IMG/VR virus record: IMGVR_UViG_3300046779_001323 | Location: 1 to 44,711 of that record | Length of the DNA: 44,711 nucleotides | Source: a virus | Taxonomy: Duplodnaviria > Caudoviricetes | Strand: one strand, 5' to 3' | Shown: positions 17,104 through 26,630 of the stretch, piece by piece | Numbering within the stretch: the stretch's first letter is position 1 | How the letters are laid out: each line of letters begins with the position of its first letter | Notes under the pieces: generated by a model | Told to the model about the DNA's origin: nothing | The model's input: only the letters and a program-made list of their open reading frames with translations | Database searches by the model: none | Translations under genes and position numbers: made by a program

Positions 17104-18671
17104 TATGCTGTCCTCGACATTGCTATTCTGCGACCATTTACTAGGTAAAGTACGATGCCATCAAGACGGCTAGGGGCAGTTGCCGTAGTTCCGTTATTGT
17201 CGAACTTGATGGTGAAATATGCACGCTTGAACGTCTGCTTGCCGCTTACCTTCACAACCTGTGGATTAGGGTTAGACGTTGGAAGACCACCTACGATGGC
17301 AGGTACGGCAGCTCCGAAGGGTAGCCAAGCAATCTCATTTTCCTGAGCTTCCTGCCAGGTGTAGTTATCCAGATCGTTCCAGGTCATCTGTGGGTTGTTG
17401 ATGACGTCGATCGGGCTAATGGAGGCCTCGACCCAGTTAACAGCGACAACCAGAAGCTCCCAGCCGAACATCCTCTTGAACAGCGATGGCTGACCAATAT
17501 CGTAAGTCCTAGTAGTAATCGAGCACTTAATCGGTTCTACAGATGTGGAAGTGAACTCAAGAGCTAGCTTCAGCAGCCCCTGCGTTGCGTGGTTTTTGCC
17601 AGGAACGCCATAAGCGGTAGGTACGGCAGCAGAATCAAGGAAGGTTCCGCGAGGGGCTTCAATGAAATGAGCAGCTTCGGTTACGGACTCCCATTCGACC
17701 CATAGGTCTGTCTCGGTGTCATAGCAGTACATGTAACCGTGATGCCAGACTAGCAAGTACTGTCCGACCTTAGATACACCCTGCTTGATTCCGGTGTAGC
17801 CAGGCTTAACCTGGAACTCTACTTTGTTAGCTGGGTTGAATGGGTAGAAGTTGTAGCCTGCAAGCTGGTACAGGGTTCCAGCGTGCAGGACAGCTAGGTA
17901 GTTCTCGCCCTCAACCACGCTACGTGCGCTGTCTGCACCAATGGTGTTAGACAGAACGGTCAAGGTTCCCAGTGACGGTTCGGCTGATGCGCTAAACGAA
18001 AGTCGGTAGGTTGAGTTGGAGCGGAAAAGGAATAGCTCGCTGTTACCTTCGATGATCTTTATTAGCTGGTCACCGTCACCCTCGTTGATGTCGATGACGT
18101 TAGCAACAGGGAACTCGTTGATGCTCGTGCCGAGAGCTGTGCTGGCAAGGTTGCTGTAACGCAAAGTGGAGGTGTTGCCTGTTGCGCGGCTAGACACATA
18201 CAGACGGCCCTTGGTGAAGTGAATTTGATTTCCATTAGGCATAGCGTTAGGACCACTATTTAGGGCAGTCCAGGTGTACGTGCCTGATATCTTTGACCAG
18301 TATCCACCGCTATTTGTAGAGTTGATCAGATAAAGTCTGTTTGCATATGTAGCCATGTCCTCAGCTGCATACTGCCATACTTCTGTCCAGGTATTTGCAA
18401 CAAGGTTATAGAGCCAAGTCTTAGCATTGGTGGCGATTACAAGGAATACAACGGCATCTTCATTGCGATAGTAACCTAGTGCCTGAGCAGTGCTAGTACC
18501 AGTTGGGTATGTGCCAACCTTGATAATAGGGTGACGGCTGACAAGCTTTCCGGTACGGGAGATGACCAGGTTCTTAATCTCGGATACTTCGTTCTCCGCA
18601 ATAAGCGAAGGGTCGATTACGTTGTTGAGACCGCCAGAGAAGTCATTTATTACGAGGCCTTCTCTAGACAT
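17103..18671 (-). CDS. Tail nozzle / tubular protein B-like
   Basis: N-terminal DFSGGLN motif, beta-propeller-like repeats, position after the adaptor. Confidence 0.7.
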   Translation of the reverse strand: MSREGLVINDFSGGLNNVIDPSLIAENEVSEIKNLVISRTGKLVSRHPIIKVGTYPTGTSTAQALGYYRNEDAVVFLVIATNAKTWLYNLVANTWTEVWQYAAEDMATYANRLYLINSTNSGGYWSKISGTYTWTALNSGPNAMPNGNQIHFTKGRLYVSSRATGNTSTLRYSNLASTALGTSINEFPVANVIDINEGDGDQLIKIIEGNSELFLFRSNSTYRLSFSASAEPSLGTLTVLSNTIGADSARSVVEGENYLAVLHAGTLYQLAGYNFYPFNPANKVEFQVKPGYTGIKQGVSKVGQYLLVWHHGYMYCYDTETDLWVEWESVTEAAHFIEAPRGTFLDSAAVPTAYGVPGKNHATQGLLKLALEFTSTSVEPIKCSITTRTYDIGQPSLFKRMFGWELLVVAVNWVEASISPIDVINNPQMTWNDLDNYTWQEAQENEIAWLPFGAAVPAIVGGLPTSNPNPQVVKVSGKQTFKRAYFTIKFDNNGTTATAPSRLDGIVLYLVNGRRIAMSRTA

Positions 18672-19330
18672 TATTCATCCTCTGGTAGAACGACCTTGGT
18701 TGGGTAGAACTGGACGTCGACGATATCTTCTTGTGCCAGGTGGCGGTTCATTGAGTCTCTGAAGCGAGCATCCTGGTAAGCAGTAGCCTGCCAGTTCTCG
18801 TCTAGGCGGTAAGCCTGTGCCAGTGCGTAGTCAACAATCTGGTTGTAGAACCTGTCCGGAACCTGAAGGTTCTGAATCAGGGAAGTTAGGTTCTGAGGGT
18901 AAGCGATGTAAAAGAGGTCCATGCCGTCTACAAGAGACTTCTCTGGAGCAGGATAGATGTAAAGGTCGCCGTCCCATTCGTACCAAACCTTAGGCTCTCC
19001 CTGAGCATCTAGCTCTGGGTCATCCTGGAGGATACCCTCTTGGGCGGACTGAAAGCTAATGGCACGAAGTGGCTTACCCTCGACGTGCACACCCTGGATC
19101 TGCGACACTGGGCTGTCAGAAGGAATCGGGTAAACGGTCTGTCCCGCTACCAAGTCGTGGCTGGCCTTACCCTTCAAGGCTTTGTGGCTAGACGCAATCT
19201 CACGCTGTGCAGCGTTGATCCAGCGAAGCAGGTCAGAAGACTTTAGTTCTACTAGAGCTTCATCACCAAAGATACGCTTGACCTCGGTAGCAACCTCGTC
19301 AGCGGTCCTGGTGTAGAAATCTCTAGGCAT
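18671..19330 (-). CDS. Head-tail adaptor / tail tubular protein A-like
   Basis: LLRWINAAQREI, LYIYPAP and IVDYALAQAY patterns; position after the capsid gene. Confidence 0.7.
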   Translation of the reverse strand: MPRDFYTRTADEVATEVKRIFGDEALVELKSSDLLRWINAAQREIASSHKALKGKASHDLVAGQTVYPIPSDSPVSQIQGVHVEGKPLRAISFQSAQEGILQDDPELDAQGEPKVWYEWDGDLYIYPAPEKSLVDGMDLFYIAYPQNLTSLIQNLQVPDRFYNQIVDYALAQAYRLDENWQATAYQDARFRDSMNRHLAQEDIVDVQFYPTKVVLPEDE

Positions 19331-19790
19331 TTGGGTCGAACAGCAGCTTTCCGTTATGGCGGGCGTAATTCTTGGACAATCCTAGTTTAGCAACATCTTT
19401 CGCTAACTCCCTACGCTCAGCGTCCATTTCTTGTCTTTCCCTAGCCTTCATCATTGCGTGAGCTGCGTTGATTGCCTGCACGTCGTCGATCGACATGCCA
19501 GCATTTGTAACGTCAGCCTGGATAATGTCGGCCATAATTCGCTCGTCTAGCTGCCATTCTGCGTAGTTCTTTAGAACGTACTTATCCTTTGCCCCGTGAA
19601 CCACAACGCTATATGGGCGCTGTCGGTCGAACTGAGGGTGGCCCTCTGTTAGCTTGATGATGTAAATGTTCGGGTCGTAATCCGCTAGAGCTCTTGCTAG
19701 ACGGTAGGCATTTACAGGTACGTCTCTGAGTCTGTCCAGCTCACTGAGGTCTGGAAGCATGCCTTTTTGTTTGAAGTATTCGATTGCCAT
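19323..19790 (-). CDS. Hypothetical protein
   Basis: AAGGAG RBS; between capsid and adaptor. Confidence 0.75.
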   Translation of the reverse strand: MAIEYFKQKGMLPDLSELDRLRDVPVNAYRLARALADYDPNIYIIKLTEGHPQFDRQRPYSVVVHGAKDKYVLKNYAEWQLDERIMADIIQADVTNAGMSIDDVQAINAAHAMMKARERQEMDAERRELAKDVAKLGLSKNYARHNGKLLFDPNA

Positions 19791-19808
19791 TTTCTCTCCT
19801 TATGACTA

Positions 19809-19838
19809 GAGGGGCGCAGGAATAATCCTACGCCCCTC
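19809..19838 (-). terminator. Hairpin after major capsid gene (attenuator/terminator)
   Basis: GAGGGGCGUAGGA-UUAU-UCCUGCGCCCCUC; no U-tail. Confidence 0.65.
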
Positions 19839-19851
19839 ATAGCGGTTTGTC

Positions 19852-21105
19852 TTAGATACCTGAAGCGATACCGGAGATAACACCGTGGGTGTTACGACGG
19901 TAGGTGCTGATCTCAGAGTAGCTACGTAGGTAAGCGATGAACGCGTCACGACGTGGAACCTGCTTCCACTTCGAGCCATCCTCGTCGATCCACTCCCAGC
20001 CGCGGCTGGTGTTTAGGTTGATCTTCTTGGAGTTCACGAACCACATCTTGCCCTTAGGAGCGTCGAAGTCGGCCTTGAATGGTAGGTCACCGAACTCGGT
20101 TGCGAAACCAAGTCCACGGTTACCACCCTGTAGGTCAACCTTGTTGACGTAGCGACGCTTCTCTTCGAGAGCCTTCCAGTAACCGTTCCATGAACCGTGG
20201 TCGGTCCAGATAACGTCTGGCTTGTCGCCATCCTCAGCAATGTCGGTCACCATAGCAATCATGTCCTCTTCAGTGATCTGCTGAGGAGTTCCTGATACGG
20301 AGATGTCAGTGGTGTGAGCGGCCCATGCTGGGGTAGTCGATGGGTCGATTCCGTGTAGAGCGCCAGTACCGCTGATGATTGCGCCGAAACCAGTCCACTC
20401 CTTCTTCCAGTTGTTCACCTGAGAAGAAGAGGTTGAGTTCGAGCGAACAACAGCAGAACCAACAGCAACAGTCGACGCTAGGTTGCGGTCGAAGGTTACG
20501 GTCTTGGTTCCCTTGTTGATGCCAACGATGGTCATGTATCCACCAGTGTGAGCTGGAGTAGGTACTGCATCGCCTAGCTTGTCAGCGTTTAGAACGTCAA
20601 CGCGCATACCTACGTGTAGGTACTTAACGTCGTCTAGAACTAGAGTTGCCGAAGCCGAGCTCTTTGCGGTTGCGACCTTAGCTAGGGTTCCAGTGCCGTC
20701 ACCGAATACCTGGCGGTTCTGGTCCTTAGCGATGTCGTCGCGGATGCGCTCGATCTCTTCTGCGGTTACGTCAGCGAAGGTCTGGTAGTTCTGAGATGCC
20801 TGCGCCATAACCTGTCCGGTTAGACGTACGGAACCGTAGAACGACTTTAGACCAGTCTGGCCGTCGACGTACTGCTGGTTGCCAGCCTCTGGAAGGTCCT
20901 CGTCCTCTCCGCGTGCACCAATACCAGTGTTGCGGCCTACGTGTGCTACGAACTTAACACCGAGACCACCAACCTGAGTAATGTTGCGTGCGGTCGACTT
21001 GATACCATCTAGCGCTGGAGTTGCATTGTTAATCTGCTCGTTAATGTCGCCGTAGACATCCTTAAGGATGACGTTAGCAATAGCGAGGTTCTGGCCATCA
21101 GCCAT
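19852..21105 (-). CDS. Major capsid protein
   Basis: 417 aa after the scaffold gene; own -10, strongly biased codons, downstream hairpin; GEDEDLPEAG and RRNTHGVISGI capsid-like patterns. Confidence 0.85.
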   Translation of the reverse strand: MADGQNLAIANVILKDVYGDINEQINNATPALDGIKSTARNITQVGGLGVKFVAHVGRNTGIGARGEDEDLPEAGNQQYVDGQTGLKSFYGSVRLTGQVMAQASQNYQTFADVTAEEIERIRDDIAKDQNRQVFGDGTGTLAKVATAKSSASATLVLDDVKYLHVGMRVDVLNADKLGDAVPTPAHTGGYMTIVGINKGTKTVTFDRNLASTVAVGSAVVRSNSTSSSQVNNWKKEWTGFGAIISGTGALHGIDPSTTPAWAAHTTDISVSGTPQQITEEDMIAMVTDIAEDGDKPDVIWTDHGSWNGYWKALEEKRRYVNKVDLQGGNRGLGFATEFGDLPFKADFDAPKGKMWFVNSKKINLNTSRGWEWIDEDGSKWKQVPRRDAFIAYLRSYSEISTYRRNTHGVISGIASGI

Positions 21106-21187
21106 TTTACACTCCTAGTGTGATTGGTTAAAAAGGTCTTACTTCGTTCGCCCTAGCCCAAGCAGGCCGTACTCACTACTACTCAAC

Positions 21188-21196
21188 ACTTTACCA
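21188..21196 (-). promoter_or_regulatory. Extended -10 promoter for capsid gene
   Basis: TGGTAAAGT (TGn-TAnnnT) in the scaffold-capsid intergenic region. Confidence 0.55.
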
Positions 21197-21204
21197 TAAA
21201 AGTT

Positions 21205-22041
21205 TTACGTATTAAGAGTTCTCTTAACGATTTCTTCAATAGCAGCGATACGATCTTCACGGCTGTTTAGCACACGAGCTGGAGCCGCTGGAACCTTGTT
21301 GGCGTTACCGCCAGCAATTCTAGGAGCCCTCTTTAGCTGTCCACGCATACGGTCAAGCTCTTCGCTGTACTGTTCAAAGCCTGCGTAGATTAGCTGCTCA
21401 AGGGAAGCGTTAGGGTAGTCGTCAGCAAGAAGCATTGCACGACGTACAACAGCTTCCTGGTCGAAGTCGCCGTGCTCGCTAGCAAGGGCTTCGATAGAAG
21501 ACTCAATCTCGTAACCAAGCTGAATCTGCTCCTCTTGCTCTTCGCGGGACTGAAGGGTTCCCTTCAAAGCGTCAAGCTCAGCCTTCATTGCCTTTAGCTC
21601 GGCAGAAGTTGGGTCGTCACCAAATGGGTCGTCCTCGTAGTCCTCTGACTCCTCGAGGTTGTCTGCAGCCTGCTGAATCATTGCGTTAGCCTGTGCCCAA
21701 CCGTAGCGCTCAGCTAGCTCGTCGTAGACAGCCTTTGGGTTAGCGGCTACCTGGCGTGCGAGCTCCATAGAGGCCTCGATGACTTCTGGGTTTACGCCAG
21801 ACTCAGCGAACTTACGGTACGGGCTGAACTTCTCGAACTCAGAGTCAACGCCGGACTGCCACTTGGAAATGACAGGCTCAACCATGCCGTGCAGGGACTT
21901 AGGCAATACGCTGTATAGCTCATCCCAAGCTGGGTTGCCCTTAGCTTCAGGCTCTTCCTGGTCTACCTCTTCTTGGGCTTGTTCTGCCTCTTCGTACTCA
22001 GTTTCGACCTGGTCGTCTTCGTATTCATATTCGTCGGACAT
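21205..22041 (-). CDS. Capsid scaffolding protein
   Basis: Highly acidic, helical, between portal and capsid. Confidence 0.8.
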   Translation of the reverse strand: MSDEYEYEDDQVETEYEEAEQAQEEVDQEEPEAKGNPAWDELYSVLPKSLHGMVEPVISKWQSGVDSEFEKFSPYRKFAESGVNPEVIEASMELARQVAANPKAVYDELAERYGWAQANAMIQQAADNLEESEDYEDDPFGDDPTSAELKAMKAELDALKGTLQSREEQEEQIQLGYEIESSIEALASEHGDFDQEAVVRRAMLLADDYPNASLEQLIYAGFEQYSEELDRMRGQLKRAPRIAGGNANKVPAAPARVLNSREDRIAAIEEIVKRTLNT

Positions 22042-22050
22042 GATGCTCCC

Positions 22051-24078
22051 TTACTGTTGTGGTTGTCCTTGCATTGGAGGCTGTGCTCCGAGTTGCATCT
22101 GCTGGATCTGTGCAGCCTGCAAAGCCGCAAGAGCCATTTCGTGCATGTCGATGTGCTTGTTCAGTTCAGCCTTCTGGCTGTTTGATAGCAAGTCGAACGC
22201 TGGGCTCTTACGGAAGTTGTCGTGCTCTTCGATGTGAACAGCGTGGTTGTCCCACTTGTTTACAGGAACAACAGCTGGTGGCATTAGCGGCTGACCAGTG
22301 TCTTGGTTGATCATGGCTGGGTTACCCTGCTCGACCCCCTGCTGCCACATCTGGTAGTGACGCATTACGTCCATCTCACCTAGTGACTTGAACATAACGT
22401 TCTCACGCTGTGCACGTAGCTCGTCAGGTCGAGTACCGCGGTTGTCGGTGTAACGGCTGAGGGTTGCGATGTCTAGCAACTCCAAGCCCTCCTCTGGTGG
22501 AATCATGCCTAGTCGCATCATGTCCATAACCAGTGCCTGCTTAGCAGCCTTAGAGGTAGGTAGAGCTGAACCAGCTTCGATTCTGATGTCAGTGCCGCGA
22601 GCAATGTCTGCGCCACGGAACATCTCGGCAGAGAAGCCGTTGTTGTCACCAGTCACCTTGACGGTACGCTCGCCAGTCCAGTACTCAGCTGCCAGGGTCA
22701 GAGCGGCACGTGCAACCTGAGATAGGCCCTCTTCAATGGATGCGAAGGTCGGGGCTAGGTAGCTGTCGTCACGCTCTTGTAGGTAAGCAATGGCGGTAGC
22801 GGCTTCTACGCCTGGAGGGGTAGAGCCACGAGATACTTCGTGCTGACCAGAGATGTTCTCGAGGTCGTTGTCCAGCGCCTGAAGTTCCTCGGATACGTAA
22901 GGAGGCAGCTGAGGCATTGGAGCGGAAGCTGGGTACTCGAATCCTGGGCGTACACCAATGTACTGACCTGGAGCAGTCGAGATCTTCGATACAGTCAGGG
23001 AGCCCTCGCGGTAGTAAACCTGTGGCTTCGCCATCATGTTCTTAGCCTGGATACGCTGTGAACGGGTGCGGTTGATTTCACGCTGGAGAGGGATGATGTC
23101 GTCAATCACGCAAGCTGGGTAGTACTGACCGCTAGGGATGTGGTCGAACTTGATGATTGGGAAATCCTTGTAACCCATTGGGAAGCCATCTAGCGATGCT
23201 TCGACAATGATGTCGTCAACGATAGTGATGTAGCCACCCTTTGGAAGAAGCTTCGTAGTACCTGGCTTAACCCATGCTTCGATAACTAGGCTTGCGTCAG
23301 GCTTGCTGTTGTTCTCTCGGATGTCCAAAGCTGAGGAGATGTCGGCAATCTCAGTAGCAGCTACAACGGTAGGCTGCTTGTCCTTAGGGATGAGGTCGTC
23401 GTAGGTCATCTTTAGCCACTCAATAGGCTTTGTGTACACGTGCAGCACGTATGGCTGCTTGCGGTGGTCCACGATAGATAGGTCCGGAACGAACACGTTG
23501 AATGGAGAGACGTGGTCGATGCAGATGTCGCCATCCTGCTCGCTCCAGTCGTCATACTTCTCAGAGTCCCAGTAGACCTTCATGTATCCCAGTCCAAGAA
23601 CGGAGATGTCTCGTGCTACAAGTCGCATCTCATGAGCGACGTGCAGGCGGTCATACATGCTGTCCCAAATCTGAGTTGCGGCATTAGCTGCGAACACATC
23701 TTCGATGTCGTTAGATGCAGGCAGAGCTACTGCGGAAGGCTTCTGGGAGGTCAGCTTCGCAATCTCAGTACGGACGATGGGACGAATCTTGTTGATGGTG
23801 ATGCGTGGCAAGTTCTTGTCGCCACGTGGGAGCTGTGACAGGCCGCTCTTGGTTGAGTCCCACGCTACGTACTGCTTACCACGCTCAAAGGACATGTTCA
23901 TGTACCACTGCCGTACACGCCACTGTTTTGCGTCCTTAGACTTTTGGTACTCGCTCTTTAGGTAGTCGACGAGCTTCTTGCCCTTGTCTGACTTCTGGAG
24001 CTTCTTCAACTCCTCATCGGACAGTAGGCCGTTCGCTACATCCTCGACGATAAAGTCTACGGAGTCACTGGACTCCAT
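22051..24078 (-). CDS. Portal protein
   Basis: Size and position; ITINKIRPIV, LIPLQREINR-type segment, DNHAVHIEEH and Q-rich tail; start moved to ATG 24078 (GAAAGGA RBS). Confidence 0.85.
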   Translation of the reverse strand: MESSDSVDFIVEDVANGLLSDEELKKLQKSDKGKKLVDYLKSEYQKSKDAKQWRVRQWYMNMSFERGKQYVAWDSTKSGLSQLPRGDKNLPRITINKIRPIVRTEIAKLTSQKPSAVALPASNDIEDVFAANAATQIWDSMYDRLHVAHEMRLVARDISVLGLGYMKVYWDSEKYDDWSEQDGDICIDHVSPFNVFVPDLSIVDHRKQPYVLHVYTKPIEWLKMTYDDLIPKDKQPTVVAATEIADISSALDIRENNSKPDASLVIEAWVKPGTTKLLPKGGYITIVDDIIVEASLDGFPMGYKDFPIIKFDHIPSGQYYPACVIDDIIPLQREINRTRSQRIQAKNMMAKPQVYYREGSLTVSKISTAPGQYIGVRPGFEYPASAPMPQLPPYVSEELQALDNDLENISGQHEVSRGSTPPGVEAATAIAYLQERDDSYLAPTFASIEEGLSQVARAALTLAAEYWTGERTVKVTGDNNGFSAEMFRGADIARGTDIRIEAGSALPTSKAAKQALVMDMMRLGMIPPEEGLELLDIATLSRYTDNRGTRPDELRAQRENVMFKSLGEMDVMRHYQMWQQGVEQGNPAMINQDTGQPLMPPAVVPVNKWDNHAVHIEEHDNFRKSPAFDLLSNSQKAELNKHIDMHEMALAALQAAQIQQMQLGAQPPMQGQPQQ

Positions 24079-24385
24079 ATTCCTTTCGGATGGCATCGAA
24101 ATCGTATTCGTCATCATCTACCTCTAGATAGTTCTCAGTTATTAGTACTGCTTGGTCGGGTGCTGCTAGTTGATTTCCGCTTGCTGCCATCACCTGCTGG
24201 AACGCTAGCGGATCCTTCACTGCCAGAAGATTCACTGTCTGGCTCAGAAGCGTTGCCGTCTCCAAAGTAGTCGAGATTAGCCCCTGTGTTGCTTTGTTCA
24301 GGCTTCTCGTCATTAGCCAAAACGATAGGGGCAGAATCAGTAAGAAGCTCAGCAGTAGCAGTGATTGAAATGTCTCTAATGTCAT
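24065..24385 (-). CDS. Membrane protein, overlapping the upstream gene
   Basis: GAAAGG RBS, N-terminal TM segment, KDPLAFQQV, acidic tail. Confidence 0.65.
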   Translation of the reverse strand: MTLETFQSLLLLSFLLILPLSFWLMTRSLNKATQGLISTTLETATLLSQTVNLLAVKDPLAFQQVMAASGNQLAAPDQAVLITENYLEVDDDEYDFDAIRKEYGVQ

Positions 24386-24659
24386 TTACAAGCCTTTCGG
24401 TCACCGCAGGGATGCGGTCTAGTCTCTCTTTTAGCGTGGTGTTCTCAGTGCGTAGCGCATTTGCTACTTCTGGAGTCGCAAAGCCAAGCTGGTCAGCGAT
24501 TGCGACAAATACGTTGTAGCTCAGGTAGACCATTCCGTAGTAGTCAATCTGAGTGTCTAGGTCAATCAGCAGGTTGTCCGGTTTCCCAGTCACACCCGTG
24601 ACAACACAACGATTCGGGATGTGTGGAGCCCGCTCGTGTAGTTTGAATTCTCTAGCCAT
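24135..24659 (-). CDS. Hypothetical protein
   Basis: TAATG coupling to the TerL stop; coiled coil and low-complexity tail. Confidence 0.7.
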   Translation of the reverse strand: MAREFKLHERAPHIPNRCVVTGVTGKPDNLLIDLDTQIDYYGMVYLSYNVFVAIADQLGFATPEVANALRTENTTLKERLDRIPAVTERLVNDIRDISITATAELLTDSAPIVLANDEKPEQSNTGANLDYFGDGNASEPDSESSGSEGSASVPAGDGSKRKSTSSTRPSSTNN

Positions 24660-26176
24660 TATTCCCATCCTACGGCATCTTCTGCCGTTGACCTAAACTT
24701 CCACCCTGAAAGTCCAGGATCTCTCCTGTTATCGAATTGAGCAATGACAGGCGTATCATCAAAGTCCATAAAACGTTCCTTTAATCCTTTTATTGTATCA
24801 GGCGTTAAGTCATCCATGAGTGTAAAGAAGTATCTTGAAGAGTCAAAAGCGTGATTATTTTTCTCTTGAATACCTTCAAGTTTGTTCAGCGTCATCTCTT
24901 GCTGACGGTTTGCGCGACGCTTGTATTTCAACTTCGATAGCTCTGAAATCAAGTTAGGGCAGTCATCGGTAATCTGCCAGAACGGTCTCTGAGTGTTCGG
25001 GTTCACCTTCATGTACTGCTGCATCTTGTTCAGACCGACACCGATCTGCTTTGGGATGATGTCAATTACAACATTCATGCCATGCAGGTTGAACTCCTGC
25101 TGGTAGCTGGTCCCCTTGACACCGTTTGTCTGCGCCAAAGCGGGGTCGCCTACGACTAGGTACGGCTCGACGCCGAGGTCTCGGTTCATCTTGTGGAACA
25201 CTTCGGCGTGCTCAGCGATAGTCATGTGCGACTGGTAGTGCTCAGCGAACGTGACAATCTGACCATCTGGCGCAACTGCGTGCCAGAGGATAGCTGTCGG
25301 GTCACGCCAGCCGTAGTCGATGCTGACATAAACCCTGTGCCGTCCAGTTAGCCTGAAGTTCTCTGGCGGAATAGTGTGGCTCAGCTGGTTGAAGTCCTTG
25401 AATACTGCGCCACCAACCTGGATGAACTGACCCTTCTCACGAATGGCCCTCTGCTCAGGAGTTAGCGAGCTTAGGTATTCCTCGATCGCACCCTTGTCCA
25501 GGTACGGGTTGTCAGTCATCTCGACCTCGATAACGCCGAACGACGGGTGGCCTTCCTTGCCTGGCAAGTAGACCTGCTCGTAGATGTATTCCATACCCTC
25601 AACTGGGGTAAGAGTCATCCACCAGTCACCGTTCGTGTCAACTAGACGTGCTCGACATTCGTCGTACACTAGCTCTGGCGGCTCCTCGTCGAAGTGGACA
25701 AAGTGTCGTGAGGTTCCAGCGAACTTCTGCAGGTCCTGGTCGTAGGACATAAATTCGACGAAGGAGCCGTTCTCAAGCGTGAGAACCCTGCGCTCCTTGC
25801 TGTAGCTATCGTCCCAAGATCCGTTGATTAGCAGGCTCTTTGGAACCCACTGCTGAAACTGTGGAAGCAAAATCTTGTCGATACCAGAGGCGAAGTCAAC
25901 GCCAACCACACGTCCCCTGACTGGGGCATCTGGAGTGTCTCGGTGCGGGTGGTCACCCTTCAGGTAACGGATGTCCTCGATAACACCTGCAACAGTCTTA
26001 CCAGAACGGTTACCTCCGATGTACAGACGGTGCTTGTGCTGGTCTTTCGCGAACTCCTCTTGCTTAGCGTGAGGGCGATACCTGTTCAGGTTGGGCTGGA
26101 TGGAGGTAAGGCGAAGCTGCTCAGACGCTTTGTACAGCGACTCAATAGCTGAGGCTTTCTTTGCGGGTCTAGCCAT
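24659..26176 (-). CDS. terL: Terminase large subunit
   Basis: Walker A GGNRSGKT, Walker B VHFDEE, coupling motif TLTP, nuclease SIDYG and NHAFDSSRY. Confidence 0.95.
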   Translation of the reverse strand: MARPAKKASAIESLYKASEQLRLTSIQPNLNRYRPHAKQEEFAKDQHKHRLYIGGNRSGKTVAGVIEDIRYLKGDHPHRDTPDAPVRGRVVGVDFASGIDKILLPQFQQWVPKSLLINGSWDDSYSKERRVLTLENGSFVEFMSYDQDLQKFAGTSRHFVHFDEEPPELVYDECRARLVDTNGDWWMTLTPVEGMEYIYEQVYLPGKEGHPSFGVIEVEMTDNPYLDKGAIEEYLSSLTPEQRAIREKGQFIQVGGAVFKDFNQLSHTIPPENFRLTGRHRVYVSIDYGWRDPTAILWHAVAPDGQIVTFAEHYQSHMTIAEHAEVFHKMNRDLGVEPYLVVGDPALAQTNGVKGTSYQQEFNLHGMNVVIDIIPKQIGVGLNKMQQYMKVNPNTQRPFWQITDDCPNLISELSKLKYKRRANRQQEMTLNKLEGIQEKNNHAFDSSRYFFTLMDDLTPDTIKGLKERFMDFDDTPVIAQFDNRRDPGLSGWKFRSTAEDAVGWE

Positions 26177-26603
26177 GGATGAGCTTTACCAAATCCCTAA
26201 GAGGAAGGCGGACAATAGTGCTGTCAGGGCTACTAACACCAAAGCGAAGATTGGATAGGTCGCCCAGGTTGGCGTACGCCCACCATTCACCAGCACGTGG
26301 GTAGCCAACACCGCTCCGCTGAGTGACAAGAAAGCCAAAATTAGCTCCAGCATTTTTCTTTTCTCTTTCCGCTTCGGCGTACCATTTCAGGCACTGCTCG
26401 TAGCTGGCCTTCTTGGCCATGTCGCCGCCTTTGAGTTCAAAGACGATAAGTCCGTGGTTCTCATCACGTAGCCATACGTCGCCCTGGTCGTCAGATCCAG
26501 TGAGCACGTTCCTGTGTGCCTCAAGTTCTGTGTAACCAACTGATAGTAAATAGTTTCTTACGGCAGTTTCTGCGCGAGTACCTATGGCCTTAGCCTTACT
26601 CAT
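26169..26603 (-). CDS. Holliday junction resolvase, PD-(D/E)XK type
   Basis: KAIGTRAETAVRNYL, DQGDV, VFELK. Confidence 0.8.
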   Translation of the reverse strand: MSKAKAIGTRAETAVRNYLLSVGYTELEAHRNVLTGSDDQGDVWLRDENHGLIVFELKGGDMAKKASYEQCLKWYAEAEREKKNAGANFGFLVTQRSGVGYPRAGEWWAYANLGDLSNLRFGVSSPDSTIVRLPLRDLVKLIHG

Positions 26604-26617
26604 ATGTCTCCTTCTGG

Positions 26618-26630
26618 TAAGGTTATTGTA
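26618..26630. promoter_or_regulatory. Candidate bidirectional late promoter
   Basis: TAAGGT (+, 26618-26623) and TACAAT (-, 26630-26625) in the 26-bp gap between divergent operons. Confidence 0.55.

Noticed and set aside
24065-24659. Rz/Rz1 spanin pair
   Set aside because: No lipobox Cys, located in the packaging module, and the host is probably monoderm.
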